A model generated the notes under the pieces. That model saw only the letters and a program-made list of their open reading frames with translations. It was not told the origin of the DNA and did no database searches. Shown one piece after another: positions 20,382-30,900 of a DNA stretch of 64,000 bases. The stretch comes from a virus. Location of the stretch: the IMG/VR virus record IMGVR_UViG_3300034101_002201, positions 32,348-96,347 of that record. One strand, 5' to 3'. A program made the position numbers and the translations under genes. The first letter of the stretch is position 1, and every line of letters starts with the position of its first letter.

Positions 20382-21177
20382 TTACTCTTCGTATTGGTCT
20401 ACTGAACCACACTATTTCAACGCCGCATTAAGAAATATCGGCGTAGAATCAAATATGTGGAATACTAATCTTAGTGTATATGATAATTTTGATACATATA
20501 AACCAGACGTATTTATTGGTCATGCTCTAAATCTGCCAAGAGATTTCATTCAATATTTAAAAGACAGTAACAACCAAGAAATTAAAGTGTTATTGAACAT
20601 TAATGACATAAATGCTAATAATATTGGGCTATTAGCTGAAAGGTTAAATGAAAATAATATTAAATTTGTATTTTTTGGTACACGCGAGACTAGTACCAGT
20701 GATATAAAATTTATCAAGATAATGCCATCGGCTGATGTATTTATACCAATTGCCAAAAAGAAGTTTGAGATTGATAAAGCTATATTCGTATCTCAAGAAG
20801 ATCAAATTCCAGAATATGATGGCGTATACCATATTCTAACTAATAACCAAGCAATAAAAGATAAAGTAGATATTTTCTTGCCTGTCTTAGAACTTAACAA
20901 ACTTTTTGTCAACTACAAAGAAATTGTTTTTAAAGATGCGTCTTTCTTAGAATCTCAGATAGTTTTTGATGCAATAAAAAATGGTAATAAAATCGTATTT
21001 GATTTTAAGAATAATAGCTATACTGACAAAATTACAGAAATTTTTAAAGGCGAAAAATTTAGTAGTTCGGTCAAAAATAGACACACATGTTTCCATAGAT
21101 TAAAAACATTATTGTCTCAAATTTCACCACCAGAAGAAATACTTAGTAGACTAAACGATAGGATCAACTCGTTATGA
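20362..21177 (+). CDS. degenerate CgeB-like glycosyltransferase-related protein
   Basis: KPDVFI and C-terminal HTCFHRLKTL echo HTYKKRIKII of the 23770 gene. Confidence 0.45.
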   Translation: MRFLVFDYSSYWSTEPHYFNAALRNIGVESNMWNTNLSVYDNFDTYKPDVFIGHALNLPRDFIQYLKDSNNQEIKVLLNINDINANNIGLLAERLNENNIKFVFFGTRETSTSDIKFIKIMPSADVFIPIAKKKFEIDKAIFVSQEDQIPEYDGVYHILTNNQAIKDKVDIFLPVLELNKLFVNYKEIVFKDASFLESQIVFDAIKNGNKIVFDFKNNSYTDKITEIFKGEKFSSSVKNRHTCFHRLKTLLSQISPPEEILSRLNDRINSL

Positions 21178-21884
21178 AATTTTTACTACAATTTCCAACG
21201 CTTGGAAGACCAGAAAAATTTAGTTTTTGCTTAAAGAAGTACCTTGAGCTTTTTAGCAAAGAAAATGAATTACATTTTAATATTAATTGTGATAGCTCAG
21301 ATGTTACAATGAATAATGACATAACGGTAAATACAATTAAGTATATTCTGGATAGATATGAGAATGTTAACTACAATATAAATTTTGATGATAATACCAC
21401 CAAGATCAGTGCTATAAATGATCATATTGATGATAAAGATTTTGATATAGTAATTTGCGTGTCTGATGACATGATACCCATCAAGAGTGGATGGGACAAA
21501 ATTATATCCTCAAGTATGGAAAAACACTTTCCAGATACATATGGGTGTTTACACTTTAACGACGGCTTACAGGGAAATAATCTAATAACTTTATCCATAC
21601 TTGGCAAAAAATTGTATGATTTTTTTGGATATATTTATCATCCAGATTATAAAAGTTTATATTGTGATAATGAATTCACGAATCAAGTATATTCTATGAA
21701 TAAAGTAGCATATATTAATGAAATAGTTATTATGCATGAACATTATTCAAAAAATGGCAGCATGAATCATAACGACTATGATTATGCCGCACAAAAGACC
21801 CTATCATTTGCTGGAAGAGATGCTTATGTATTCCAACAAAGAGCCGCCCTTAACTATCCCAAGCAAAGAATTACTAATGACTAA
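21174..21884 (+). CDS. GT-A glycosyltransferase (GT2-like)
   Basis: FPTLGRP, KISAIN, VSDDM, YCDNE, HEH. Confidence 0.8.
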   Translation: MKFLLQFPTLGRPEKFSFCLKKYLELFSKENELHFNINCDSSDVTMNNDITVNTIKYILDRYENVNYNINFDDNTTKISAINDHIDDKDFDIVICVSDDMIPIKSGWDKIISSSMEKHFPDTYGCLHFNDGLQGNNLITLSILGKKLYDFFGYIYHPDYKSLYCDNEFTNQVYSMNKVAYINEIVIMHEHYSKNGSMNHNDYDYAAQKTLSFAGRDAYVFQQRAALNYPKQRITND

Positions 21885-22512
21885 TAAGATTATATGCTTT
21901 TCACTTTGGGGTGATAATCCAAAGTATACAATGGGAGCTATAAAAAATGCCAGATTAGCACAGGAAATTTATGAGGGCTGGAAATGCAGATTTTATATTG
22001 GAAATGACGTATCAAACAAAATTATAGATCAATTAGATTCTCTGAATTGCGAATTGGTACATAAAGATGATACCGGATGGAATGGCATGTTTTGGAGATT
22101 TTTAGGTGCAGATTCTGAAAATATATTTCTATCCAGAGATACTGATAGTAGATTAAATACTAGAGAAAAAGCAGCAGTTGATGAGTGGTTAAAAACCGAT
22201 AAAGATTTTCATATTATGCGAGATCACCCTTATCATCAAACGGAAATATTAGGAGGAATGTGGGGTTGTAGGAATGGAATTCTAAAAGGCATAACTGAAA
22301 TGATAGACACGTATGATAAAAAAGAATACGATAATGCATATCAAGTAGATCAAAATTTTTTGAGACAGGTAATTTATCCTATGATAAAGTACAATAGTAC
22401 TGTGCATGATGAATTTTTTGAACGTATACCGTTTCCATCAAATGCTACTCAACGAGCTAGATCTTATTTTGTAGGACAGGTGTATGATGAAAATGATATT
22501 CCTCAATTTTAA
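21877..22512 (+). CDS. putative GT-A-like transferase
   Basis: FSLWGDNPKY, MFWRF, SRDTDSR (DxD), MRDHPYH, ILGGMWG, DQNFL; ATG at 21877 preferred over 21778. Confidence 0.6.
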   Translation: MTNKIICFSLWGDNPKYTMGAIKNARLAQEIYEGWKCRFYIGNDVSNKIIDQLDSLNCELVHKDDTGWNGMFWRFLGADSENIFLSRDTDSRLNTREKAAVDEWLKTDKDFHIMRDHPYHQTEILGGMWGCRNGILKGITEMIDTYDKKEYDNAYQVDQNFLRQVIYPMIKYNSTVHDEFFERIPFPSNATQRARSYFVGQVYDENDIPQF

Positions 22513-22523
22513 AAGGATGCAAG

Positions 22524-23153
22524 ATGAATAAATTAACAGAACTTGGAGTTAGATACGGAACTGATAAGGTGGATGGAAATCATACATTTGCTGGAGAGTG
22601 CTATACGGATGTTTATCATAGATATTTGAATCACTTGCGTGACCAAAAATTTAATTTCTTAGAAATAGGAATAAGAGATGGTTGTTCTCTTAAAATGTGG
22701 TCAGAATATTTTCCAAAGGCTTCTATTATAGGATTAGATATTAATCCGACATGTAAACAATATGAGGGTGGAAATGTTCATGTAGAAATTGGATCTCAAA
22801 GCGATCCAGAGTTTTTACAAACATTAATTGATAAATACAAAACTTTTAATGTTATACTTGACGATGGAAGTCATATAAATACATTAACATTAAAGTCATT
22901 TGAAATTTTAAATGATTATGCTACTGATTTCTACATCATAGAAGACTTAAGAAATTCATATGAAAATCTTACCAATGATATCGCCGGGTGGCCGGGAATG
23001 CATTTGAACAAAGATCTAAATCCAAGAAATGATATAACAAGAACTCAGTTCAATGATACGTTTTTAGATTTGATCAAAACAATGGATTACAGAAGTGGCA
23101 AGTATAAATCTATTAATTTTCACGCTCAGATACTTGTATTGGAGAAAATATAA
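22524..23153 (+). CDS. class I SAM-dependent methyltransferase (sugar O-methyltransferase-like)
   Basis: YGTDK, FLEIGI..G.S, GLDI, GSQSD, LDDGSH, YIIED. Confidence 0.82.
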   Translation: MNKLTELGVRYGTDKVDGNHTFAGECYTDVYHRYLNHLRDQKFNFLEIGIRDGCSLKMWSEYFPKASIIGLDINPTCKQYEGGNVHVEIGSQSDPEFLQTLIDKYKTFNVILDDGSHINTLTLKSFEILNDYATDFYIIEDLRNSYENLTNDIAGWPGMHLNKDLNPRNDITRTQFNDTFLDLIKTMDYRSGKYKSINFHAQILVLEKI

Positions 23154-23155
23154 TC

Positions 23156-23773
23156 ATGTTTTATTCTCAGTATGGAGAAGAAAAGATATTATCACAATTC
23201 TTTGGTGATAAAAACAACGGATTCCTAGTAGACATAGGGGCAATGGACGGAGTAACATATTCTAATTCAAGATATTTAATAGAACATAAGTCGTGGTCTG
23301 GCATACTAGTAGAACCACACCCTCTGTACTATAAAAATTTATCAGATTTGTACAAAGACAATGATAAAATTAGTATACTGAATGTTGGATGTTTTAATGT
23401 TGAAAAAGAAGTCGATTTTTACATTTACTCTACAGGCATTGATTCGTCTGTATCAACCATGTCTGATGTCTTTAAGAAAAGAGTCATAGACCATCATGGG
23501 GATAAATTTAGAGAAACAATAACCGTAAAAACGCAAACATTAAATAATATCATTTCTAACAATGTCGTAGATTTTCTTTCTATAGACGCAGAAGGTGTAG
23601 ATATGGAAGTTTTAGCATCAAATGATTGGACAAAGAATAGGCCAAGATTAGTTTGCGTAGAACACAGTATGGATATTAATGTACTATTAAATTTTATGAT
23701 GCACATAGAATACTCTGTATACTCTAAAACTGATGGAAATACATTTTTTATTAGTTCAGAGGAAAATATATGA
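23156..23773 (+). CDS. FkbM-family methyltransferase
   Basis: YSQYGE, VDIGAMDG..SNS, GILVEP, SIDAEG. Confidence 0.88.
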   Translation: MFYSQYGEEKILSQFFGDKNNGFLVDIGAMDGVTYSNSRYLIEHKSWSGILVEPHPLYYKNLSDLYKDNDKISILNVGCFNVEKEVDFYIYSTGIDSSVSTMSDVFKKRVIDHHGDKFRETITVKTQTLNNIISNNVVDFLSIDAEGVDMEVLASNDWTKNRPRLVCVEHSMDINVLLNFMMHIEYSVYSKTDGNTFFISSEENI

Positions 23774-24600
23774 AAACATTGCTGATACAAGAAGCCGGTA
23801 GACACAAAGTAAATAGCAACTTTAGAGAGTGTTTATCTTTACAGAGAGCTATGCAAGATCAAAATCATGACGCAGAAGTATGGGGGCTTGGTCATGATAA
23901 CTACACTAAAACGCCAGATTGGGATTCTTATGACTTGATTATTAATTTAGAGAATCACGATGAAACTAACTGGATTCCAGATTTATCTAAAGCAAAGACT
24001 AAAAAATTTATTTGGTCTATTGATGCACATTGTAAAGGTATTCAGAGCTATATGAAAACATTTTATGATGGGAAATATGATCTAATATTGCAATCTACTC
24101 CAGAGTTTTTGAATGAACATAGCGTATGGTTTCCAAATTGTTATGATGATGATTTGATAATGCCTCTTGGTATAGAAAAAAGACACGATGTAGGTTTTTG
24201 CGGTATGATAAATAATAGAGGCGGATTAATAGATATTCTAAGTTCATTTTTTGCTTTTAGATTAGATGAAAAAGTATTAGGACAAAATATGGTTCATTCT
24301 ATCAATTCATACAAAGTCCACTTTAATGCTAATATTTCTATTGATATCAACTATAGAAATTTTGAAACGATTGGATGCGGAACTTGTTTGTTGACAAATT
24401 ATAACCAATATTATGATAAATTAGGATTCATAGATGGAGTGAACTGTCTAATCTATAAAGATGTAAATGAGATGATAGAGAAAATAAAAATGGCATTAAA
24501 TAATGATAATCTAAGATATAATATAGAGCAGGGCGGTTTAGAACTAGCAAAACAGCATACATACAAAAAAAGAATAAAGATTATAGAGGAGCTTTTATGA
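23770..24600 (+). CDS. CgeB-like (Glyco_trans_1_2) glycosyltransferase
   Basis: VGFCG, INYRNFETIGCG..LLT, HTYKKR. Confidence 0.8.
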   Translation: MKTLLIQEAGRHKVNSNFRECLSLQRAMQDQNHDAEVWGLGHDNYTKTPDWDSYDLIINLENHDETNWIPDLSKAKTKKFIWSIDAHCKGIQSYMKTFYDGKYDLILQSTPEFLNEHSVWFPNCYDDDLIMPLGIEKRHDVGFCGMINNRGGLIDILSSFFAFRLDEKVLGQNMVHSINSYKVHFNANISIDINYRNFETIGCGTCLLTNYNQYYDKLGFIDGVNCLIYKDVNEMIEKIKMALNNDNLRYNIEQGGLELAKQHTYKKRIKIIEELL

Positions 24601-25085
24601 ATTTAGGAATATATATTGATACTATGCTTGACACAAGTAAGCTTGAGAAAATAAATAATTTTATAGATTTTGCTATAGAAGATAGGCTTTTTGATGATAT
24701 AAGTATCTTTTATGATAACATAGGGCATAATCCATTCAACACAAAATGTGGAATGTTCAATTCAACAGAATTGTGGAGTTTCAATGGAACTCTAATAGTT
24801 ATGTCTCTAGAGTCTCTAAAGACCACATTGAATATTGTTAATAACATTAACGTAATATATTACTATAATTGGGATCAAAATATTAACATTTTAGATCTAG
24901 TCATTAATTCTAGCAGAATTAAAAATATAATATGTAGGACTGAAAAAGATCAAAAGGAAATATTTAGATTAACTGGTAAGAAACCAATCGGCATATCAGA
25001 CAACTTCCAAGATATACTAGAAATACTATTAAGGTGTAAAGATGAATACAAATCAAATAATAATGATGTATACAAAGCAGCATAA
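24597..25085 (+). CDS. hypothetical protein, possible GT-B N-terminal lobe
   Basis: 162-aa alpha/beta ORF coupled within the GT cluster; IYYYNWD, IICR. Confidence 0.5.
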   Translation: MNLGIYIDTMLDTSKLEKINNFIDFAIEDRLFDDISIFYDNIGHNPFNTKCGMFNSTELWSFNGTLIVMSLESLKTTLNIVNNINVIYYYNWDQNINILDLVINSSRIKNIICRTEKDQKEIFRLTGKKPIGISDNFQDILEILLRCKDEYKSNNNDVYKAA

Positions 25086-25809
25086 AAGTACTTACGAAAT
25101 TGCTGAGACATTTAATACTTATCCAAATAGGATTCGAAGAATCCTAATAAAGAGCGGTGTATCATTAAAAACTAAAAGCGAAGCTCAAAAAAATGCTATA
25201 GATAATGGCACTGCTATACATCCAACTAGTGGAAAAAATAGAACAAAAGAAGAAAAATTAAAGATTAGTTTTGGACTTAAAAAATACTGGGAAGAAATGT
25301 CAGAAGAGATGTATGAGTCTAGAGTTGATCAATCTAAAAAAAGGTGGGAAAAATTGTCTGAAGTTGAAAAAGATAGAATGATGAGTGCTGCTATCAAAAG
25401 CATACAAGTGGCTGGTAAAGAAGGGTCTAAACTAGAAAAATTTCTATATGAAGAAATAACCAAGGCCGGTTATTCTGTTCAGTACCATAAAAAGCATCTG
25501 ATACAAAATCACAACATGGAACTGGATATGTACATACCATCACTCAAGGCTATAATAGAGGTAGACGGCCCATCTCATTTCTTGCCAATATGGGGTGAAG
25601 AAAAGTTACAAAAACAAATAAAAGCTGATACACAAAAAAGTGGGCTTTTACTCAGCAAGGGAATGGTCATCATACGAATAAAAAACTTATCTGACTCAGT
25701 ATGTTTGGCCGATAAAGAAAAGTTGAGACTTGACATTGTGAATTGCTTGGGTACAATAGAAAAGTCGTTTCCCAAAAAAGCAGAAAGGTACATAGAGATT
25801 GAAATATGA
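25042..25809 (+). CDS. HTH + NUMOD3-like + Vsr/DUF559 endonuclease (homing-endonuclease-like architecture)
   Basis: STYEIAETFNTYPNRIRRIL (HTH), GKNRTKEEKLKIS, ELDMYIP..IIEVDGPSH, DTQK. Confidence 0.75.
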   Translation: MNTNQIIMMYTKQHKSTYEIAETFNTYPNRIRRILIKSGVSLKTKSEAQKNAIDNGTAIHPTSGKNRTKEEKLKISFGLKKYWEEMSEEMYESRVDQSKKRWEKLSEVEKDRMMSAAIKSIQVAGKEGSKLEKFLYEEITKAGYSVQYHKKHLIQNHNMELDMYIPSLKAIIEVDGPSHFLPIWGEEKLQKQIKADTQKSGLLLSKGMVIIRIKNLSDSVCLADKEKLRLDIVNCLGTIEKSFPKKAERYIEIEI

Positions 25810-26561
25810 GTGATATTGAAACTATTTTTGATAAAGTTGAATTAGCTTCACCGAGTAATACCGATACATCAGTAAAAAATGTTGTGATGAACAATGCCCC
25901 ATCTATGCTTAGTACAGAATGGCATGACTATGCTATGACATTATTCCATGAAACGGAAATGGTTGATGGTCATCCTCTAGTTGCTGGATTAAGGCGTGTA
26001 GCAGAAATAGTACTGGGGCCAATTATGTTTAGTGGCCCAACTCAGGTATTTCCAGTTCAAAGAGAAGATCATCACGGTAGAGCAACAGTAGTATTTACAG
26101 TTCAATTTGATAATGGTATGAAGTATTCAGAAGTGGCAGATTCTTGGGAAGGGAATACTGATGATATGTTCTGTGCCTTTGCGGTGGCTATTGCTAGCAC
26201 CAGAGCAGAAGCAAGAGCTTTACGTAAGGCACTAAAGATTAAGGGTGTTGCTGCCGAAGAATTAACTAAGAAGGATACAGCAAAGATCGTCAGAGATATT
26301 TCTAATACTAAGAATGCTAGTGAGGGTGAGTATGACGATCAGAGTAGAATGAGTGATGCACAATACAACTTTATTGATGTAAAGTGTAAGCAACTTAACA
26401 TCGATGGAGAGAAGCTATTCGCATCGTTTAAGGTGGATAGCGGAAAGAAGGTTTCTAAGAAGATCGCTAGTGATATCATAGATTCACTAAACGATTACCA
26501 GCGTGATAAGAGTTCAATTCCACAAGATATAATAGGCTATCAACAGGAGTGGCGTAAATGA
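25806..26561 (+). CDS. Rad52/Sak-like single-strand annealing protein
   Basis: ATVVFTV, ASTRAEARALRKAL, EEL; C-terminal SDAQ..FI...ASDII motif. Confidence 0.6.
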   Translation: MSDIETIFDKVELASPSNTDTSVKNVVMNNAPSMLSTEWHDYAMTLFHETEMVDGHPLVAGLRRVAEIVLGPIMFSGPTQVFPVQREDHHGRATVVFTVQFDNGMKYSEVADSWEGNTDDMFCAFAVAIASTRAEARALRKALKIKGVAAEELTKKDTAKIVRDISNTKNASEGEYDDQSRMSDAQYNFIDVKCKQLNIDGEKLFASFKVDSGKKVSKKIASDIIDSLNDYQRDKSSIPQDIIGYQQEWRK

Positions 26562-26893
26562 AGATTACATATACTACAAAGAACGGGCGATTACAGGCAG
26601 AACTAGAAGGTGAATCACAGAAGGACTTATTTAATGAACTAAGTAAGTTCCAAGAAGTGTTTGAAGAAACCACATGCGGAAAGTGTGGCTCTGATGATAT
26701 TCGATTCGTGGTGCGTACAGTTGATGACAATCAGTATTATGAACTACGATGCATGAAGTGCGGTGCTAGGCTAGCATTTGGTGTTAATAAGAAGGGTGGC
26801 GGGTTATTTCCCAAGCGTAAGGATGCAGAAGGAAATTGGCTACCAGACAGTGGATGGGTTAAGTGGAATCCAAAGACGGAGAAGGCAGAATGA
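26558..26893 (+). CDS. zinc-ribbon protein
   Basis: CGKC...CMKC. Confidence 0.7.
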   Translation: MKITYTTKNGRLQAELEGESQKDLFNELSKFQEVFEETTCGKCGSDDIRFVVRTVDDNQYYELRCMKCGARLAFGVNKKGGGLFPKRKDAEGNWLPDSGWVKWNPKTEKAE

Positions 26894-27171
26894 GATGTTT
26901 AGCAATACTATTTATGCTGATAGGGATATCAAATGAGGGATTTGCTAATTATCCAGTTTACATTGTACCACAATCGGTTCCTATTGTTCAGCAACCGGTG
27001 GTTGTCCAAACTATGGTGTACCAAGCACCGCAGTTAATCGTTACGGTTCCTGTGCCAGTAGTAGTGTATCCTCAACCAATTATTGATCAAAGAATTTATT
27101 GGGGGTATCCTTACTATACAACAACACCTATGCCGGTCGAAAGACACAGACATAGGTGCTGGAATTACTGA
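26890..27171 (+). CDS. small, probably secreted Pro/Val/Tyr-rich protein
   Basis: ATGA overlap at 26890; signal-peptide-like MRCLAILFMLIGISNEGFA followed by PVVV/YP-rich sequence. Confidence 0.6.
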   Translation: MRCLAILFMLIGISNEGFANYPVYIVPQSVPIVQQPVVVQTMVYQAPQLIVTVPVPVVVYPQPIIDQRIYWGYPYYTTTPMPVERHRHRCWNY

Positions 27172-27179
27172 TGATTTGG

Positions 27180-27203
27180 GGGGCGGGAAACCGCCCCTTT
27201 TTT
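27180..27203 (+). terminator. intrinsic terminator between the convergent blocks
   Basis: GGGGCGG-GAAA-CCGCCCC perfect 7-bp stem, GNRA loop, followed by T6. Confidence 0.9.
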
Positions 27204-27919
27204 CATAGATACTCTAATGTAAAATATAGTCCATAGTTTTGTTTGGCACCGGGAGTATCTGGTTCCGAACTAATAGCTAAATACCAATCATGTCTTAACG
27301 CCTCATGGGTATCCCCTTGATTAAATTCCCATTTTAGAATAGACTGATTGCCTTCACCGGATAATGTATTCTTTCCGCTAACTCCGGGTGATGGAGTAAG
27401 TGAAAAATCTGACATAATTTGACCGCCAGTAAATAATCTCCATGAATACTCTGAATTTGCCCTATGACTTAAACTTCCCGCTGATTGATTTGTAGCCGGA
27501 TGCCTTGCTTCATAGATCCACGTTGAAACTCCAGAAGCTTGTTTTGATATATCGTTTCTATCAAACACCCTAAGCTTACAATTCTTAACCGATACTGCCT
27601 GTGTGTGTGTAAATCTAATGTTTAGTGGGCATTGATTGTTTGGCAAGTTATTCAAAGAAAGAGTATTTCCATCCTTGGCTTTTACTTGACCATTTTGAGT
27701 AGAATTTCCACTAGTCAACATGGCTGTATTTTGTAATTGCGTACCAACAACAGTTCCGCTAGAGTTAGTAATCCATGTGGTAGACTGCTGAGATTGTACT
27801 GGTACAGAAACTCCGAAACCAGCACCAAAAAACCCTAATCCACTTCCTAATAAGTGAGGTATTTCTTCCGGTACTCCGTCTACACCAATTACATTCCCAT
27901 AAAATTTGATTTCAGCCAT
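27203..27919 (-). CDS. putative virion structural protein
   Basis: Beta-rich G/S/T/N composition; own GGAG RBS and GTGTATAAT motif; last gene of the tail block. Confidence 0.6.
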   Translation of the reverse strand: MAEIKFYGNVIGVDGVPEEIPHLLGSGLGFFGAGFGVSVPVQSQQSTTWITNSSGTVVGTQLQNTAMLTSGNSTQNGQVKAKDGNTLSLNNLPNNQCPLNIRFTHTQAVSVKNCKLRVFDRNDISKQASGVSTWIYEARHPATNQSAGSLSHRANSEYSWRLFTGGQIMSDFSLTPSPGVSGKNTLSGEGNQSILKWEFNQGDTHEALRHDWYLAISSEPDTPGAKQNYGLYFTLEYL

Positions 27920-27951
27920 AAAATTCTCCCCTTTTTAGTAGGTTTACAGTA

Positions 27952-27961
27952 TATTATACAC
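27952..27961 (-). promoter_or_regulatory. GTGTATAATA putative late-promoter motif
   Basis: Intergenic, about 33 nt upstream of the ATG at 27919; the same motif lies upstream of the tail tube gene. Confidence 0.5.
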
Positions 27962-27966
27962 CTTTT

Positions 27967-30900
27967 TTAGTTAGCACTAATTTCTAGATTTAAATATTGG
28001 ACATATGGATCGAATGGTAAATATGTTCCCCCATTACCGTTTTCTGTTGAGCAAAGTATGTCATTTACGAAGAATAGAAAAATATCATATTTTCCACCGC
28101 CAATATCCGTATTTGCTGATATATTATTAGATAACGCTACAGAGGTGGTTTTACTAGTTCTTACATAGCCATCCCCGTCGCCGTTACCATTATTGTCTTT
28201 TACTGATAAAAGCTGCTGTTTGTATAAAACTGGTTCTTCATCTTTCTTGACTTTTTCTCTAATTTTTAATGACTTTAAATATATCTCAGCTGCTATTACT
28301 CCGTCTGTTCTGCTAATAGATCCTTTTAATCCTTTTGGAAAGTTTGAAAATGGATTTGATGGAAATTCTCCAGCTTCTTTTAGTTTTAATTTAGTAATTT
28401 CGCCATTTGAGCCAATAGTTTCCACTTCATATATAACCTGACCAGCGAAAGTAACTGTATCGCCTACAGCATATCCGCCACCGGCTTTTTCTATATTTAT
28501 ATCCGCCCCTTCATATCCACCAAGATATCTTTGTATATATGTGAATCCGCCTCCGGTCAATAGCATATTTCTTCTAATTGGATTTTTTACATATTCTACT
28601 TTGGTTGTAGGAGTTACAACTATACCCACCGATAGACTTGGTTGTGAAAAATCTAATTTGCTACTGTTTGAATTAAAATGCAATGGCGTGAAGTATCTTC
28701 CATCATATATAGTATTTGGACAATGATCATATACTTTCGCCCATAATCCAACAGTACCAAATGAATCATATCTATTATCATCTCCGCTACTTCCCCACTG
28801 TACATTTTCTAATGTTTTACTCGTACCGCCAGTATCAGTACTCCAACTCATTCCGCCTATAATAGTTATATCAGGACCATTATTACCACCCCCGCTAACT
28901 ACTCCGTATCCATTATAACCATAGTGGTTATTTGTTATTAATGATAATTGACCACCATTTGGCAAACTAATAGTTTGTTTTGCTGCTAATATTCCAACGA
29001 CATTAGATCGTTCGTCTGTAAAATCGGGATCAATCCATTTTGGAAAAATACCCGGCCCATCATCTGGCTTATCTTTTCTTGCTGGTTCAACAATAGATCC
29101 AGTTTTATAATCAATTAGATATCTGTTAAAACCAATTCTAGAAGTGATATTAACTCCATTTTCACTGTATAGAGTTTTTTGCTCTTGAACATTAATTCTT
29201 TTCCATAAATTACCTAAAAATAAATGTCGCTCATTGTTGCCAAATGGATAATATAAAGTATTTGCCAAATCAGCAAAATTGCCATTTACACTTTCAGTTT
29301 CACCCCTATCGTTTACTTTAGTTCCAAGAGATTGAAAAGAACATAATGCTAAATTGAGTGATAATGCAGTAAATTGAATTTTATTTGGGTTTACTGGTGT
29401 CAAATTGAACAAATCTTTACCACTAGAATCTTGTATCCATTCCCCCTTTTGACCCGGTGAAGATTTTAAATAATCAATCATTGCGCCAGCATAGTTAATA
29501 TCTTTAGAATAATCTATTTGCCACAACTTTGGCATATAAAGTGAAGGATTACCAGATGCATTCAATGCTATTTGTGCTGGCAAATGGAATAAATTAGAAT
29601 CAAATACTTGAAATAGCGATACTCCTTCAGCGAGAGGGTCTGAAGCCTGACCTTCAGCAGTAAAATCTAATTTATCTCCACCAGTATATATAAAACTATT
29701 TGGTATTTTACCAGCAGATGTGTATGTATCAACATAGTTTTTTAATCTACCAACACTGCTAGATGTATAACCATCCGAATAGTATATTCCCCAACTATTT
29801 CTACTATTAACAGAAAAATGATCATTAAATTCTGGCTCATCATAGGGAATTTGAGAATAATTAGTTTGTGTTAAAACTGAGTACGGTTTTTGTGCATGAT
29901 TTGTATTATTGCCGCCAATAGACGTAGGAATAACATCAGCATCATAAACCGGTAAATATCCAGTACTGGGTAAAAAAGAAATATTCTTTTGAAAATTAGA
30001 CACTTTATTAAAATCTGTGTCTACAACAACTGCGCCATTGTCATCTATTTTTGCACTCTCTGGATCTATATTTAACATGTTTAATGCGGCTATTTTATTT
30101 AAATCATTAGCTCCAGAAGCCGCGCTAGTCAAAGCGATTTGAGTTGCAAAATATGGATTGACTGTTCCAGATAATGCTCTATAAAATTTATGTCTAACGC
30201 TTTCAGCATAATTTACAAGAGGCAAAGTAATTGGTCCAAAATCAACTTGTGTTTGATCTGTACTATCTCTAAAAAATGAATTTGCTTGCACGATATACTT
30301 TTGTATGTCTGATAGTTTAGACTCAAATTTTTTAGTAACAGTTTTTGGTAAACCGAACCCCATAGGAATCCAATCTGTGCCAATTAAACTGCATATTACT
30401 ATTTCTCCTTTAGTATATGATCTTGGGGTTCGATTAGTTACTATTATTTTTTCTACTTTTGCTTTCTCTCCACACCCAATGATATTTGGTCCAAATAAAT
30501 TTGGATTACTATCTTCAACGCTAAAAGGTATCCCACTTCCCCTCTTGCATTCTCCTAAAAATAATGCTCCTGTATAATATTGCGAAGCATCATCTATATT
30601 AGATGGCAGATCTTTCAAAGATACACCATCTATATCACTGATAAGTCTAACTAACATTTGTTGAGTACCAGCCTCCCACTGACCCAAAGCGTCGTTCCAA
30701 GCTGTTCTAAGCTTACCGGCAACTGTATTTGCTGGATTTTTCGCACCACCTTCTGCCGGTAATGCATATTGGCCGGTTCCTAATTTTTTAGATTCTGAAT
30801 AACTAAATGGCAATCCGGCAGCGGTTCTAGGAACATCTGCTATATTAAAAGATGCACCATTATGTGCCACTCCTCGACTTGTATTTACTTTAGCACCAGC

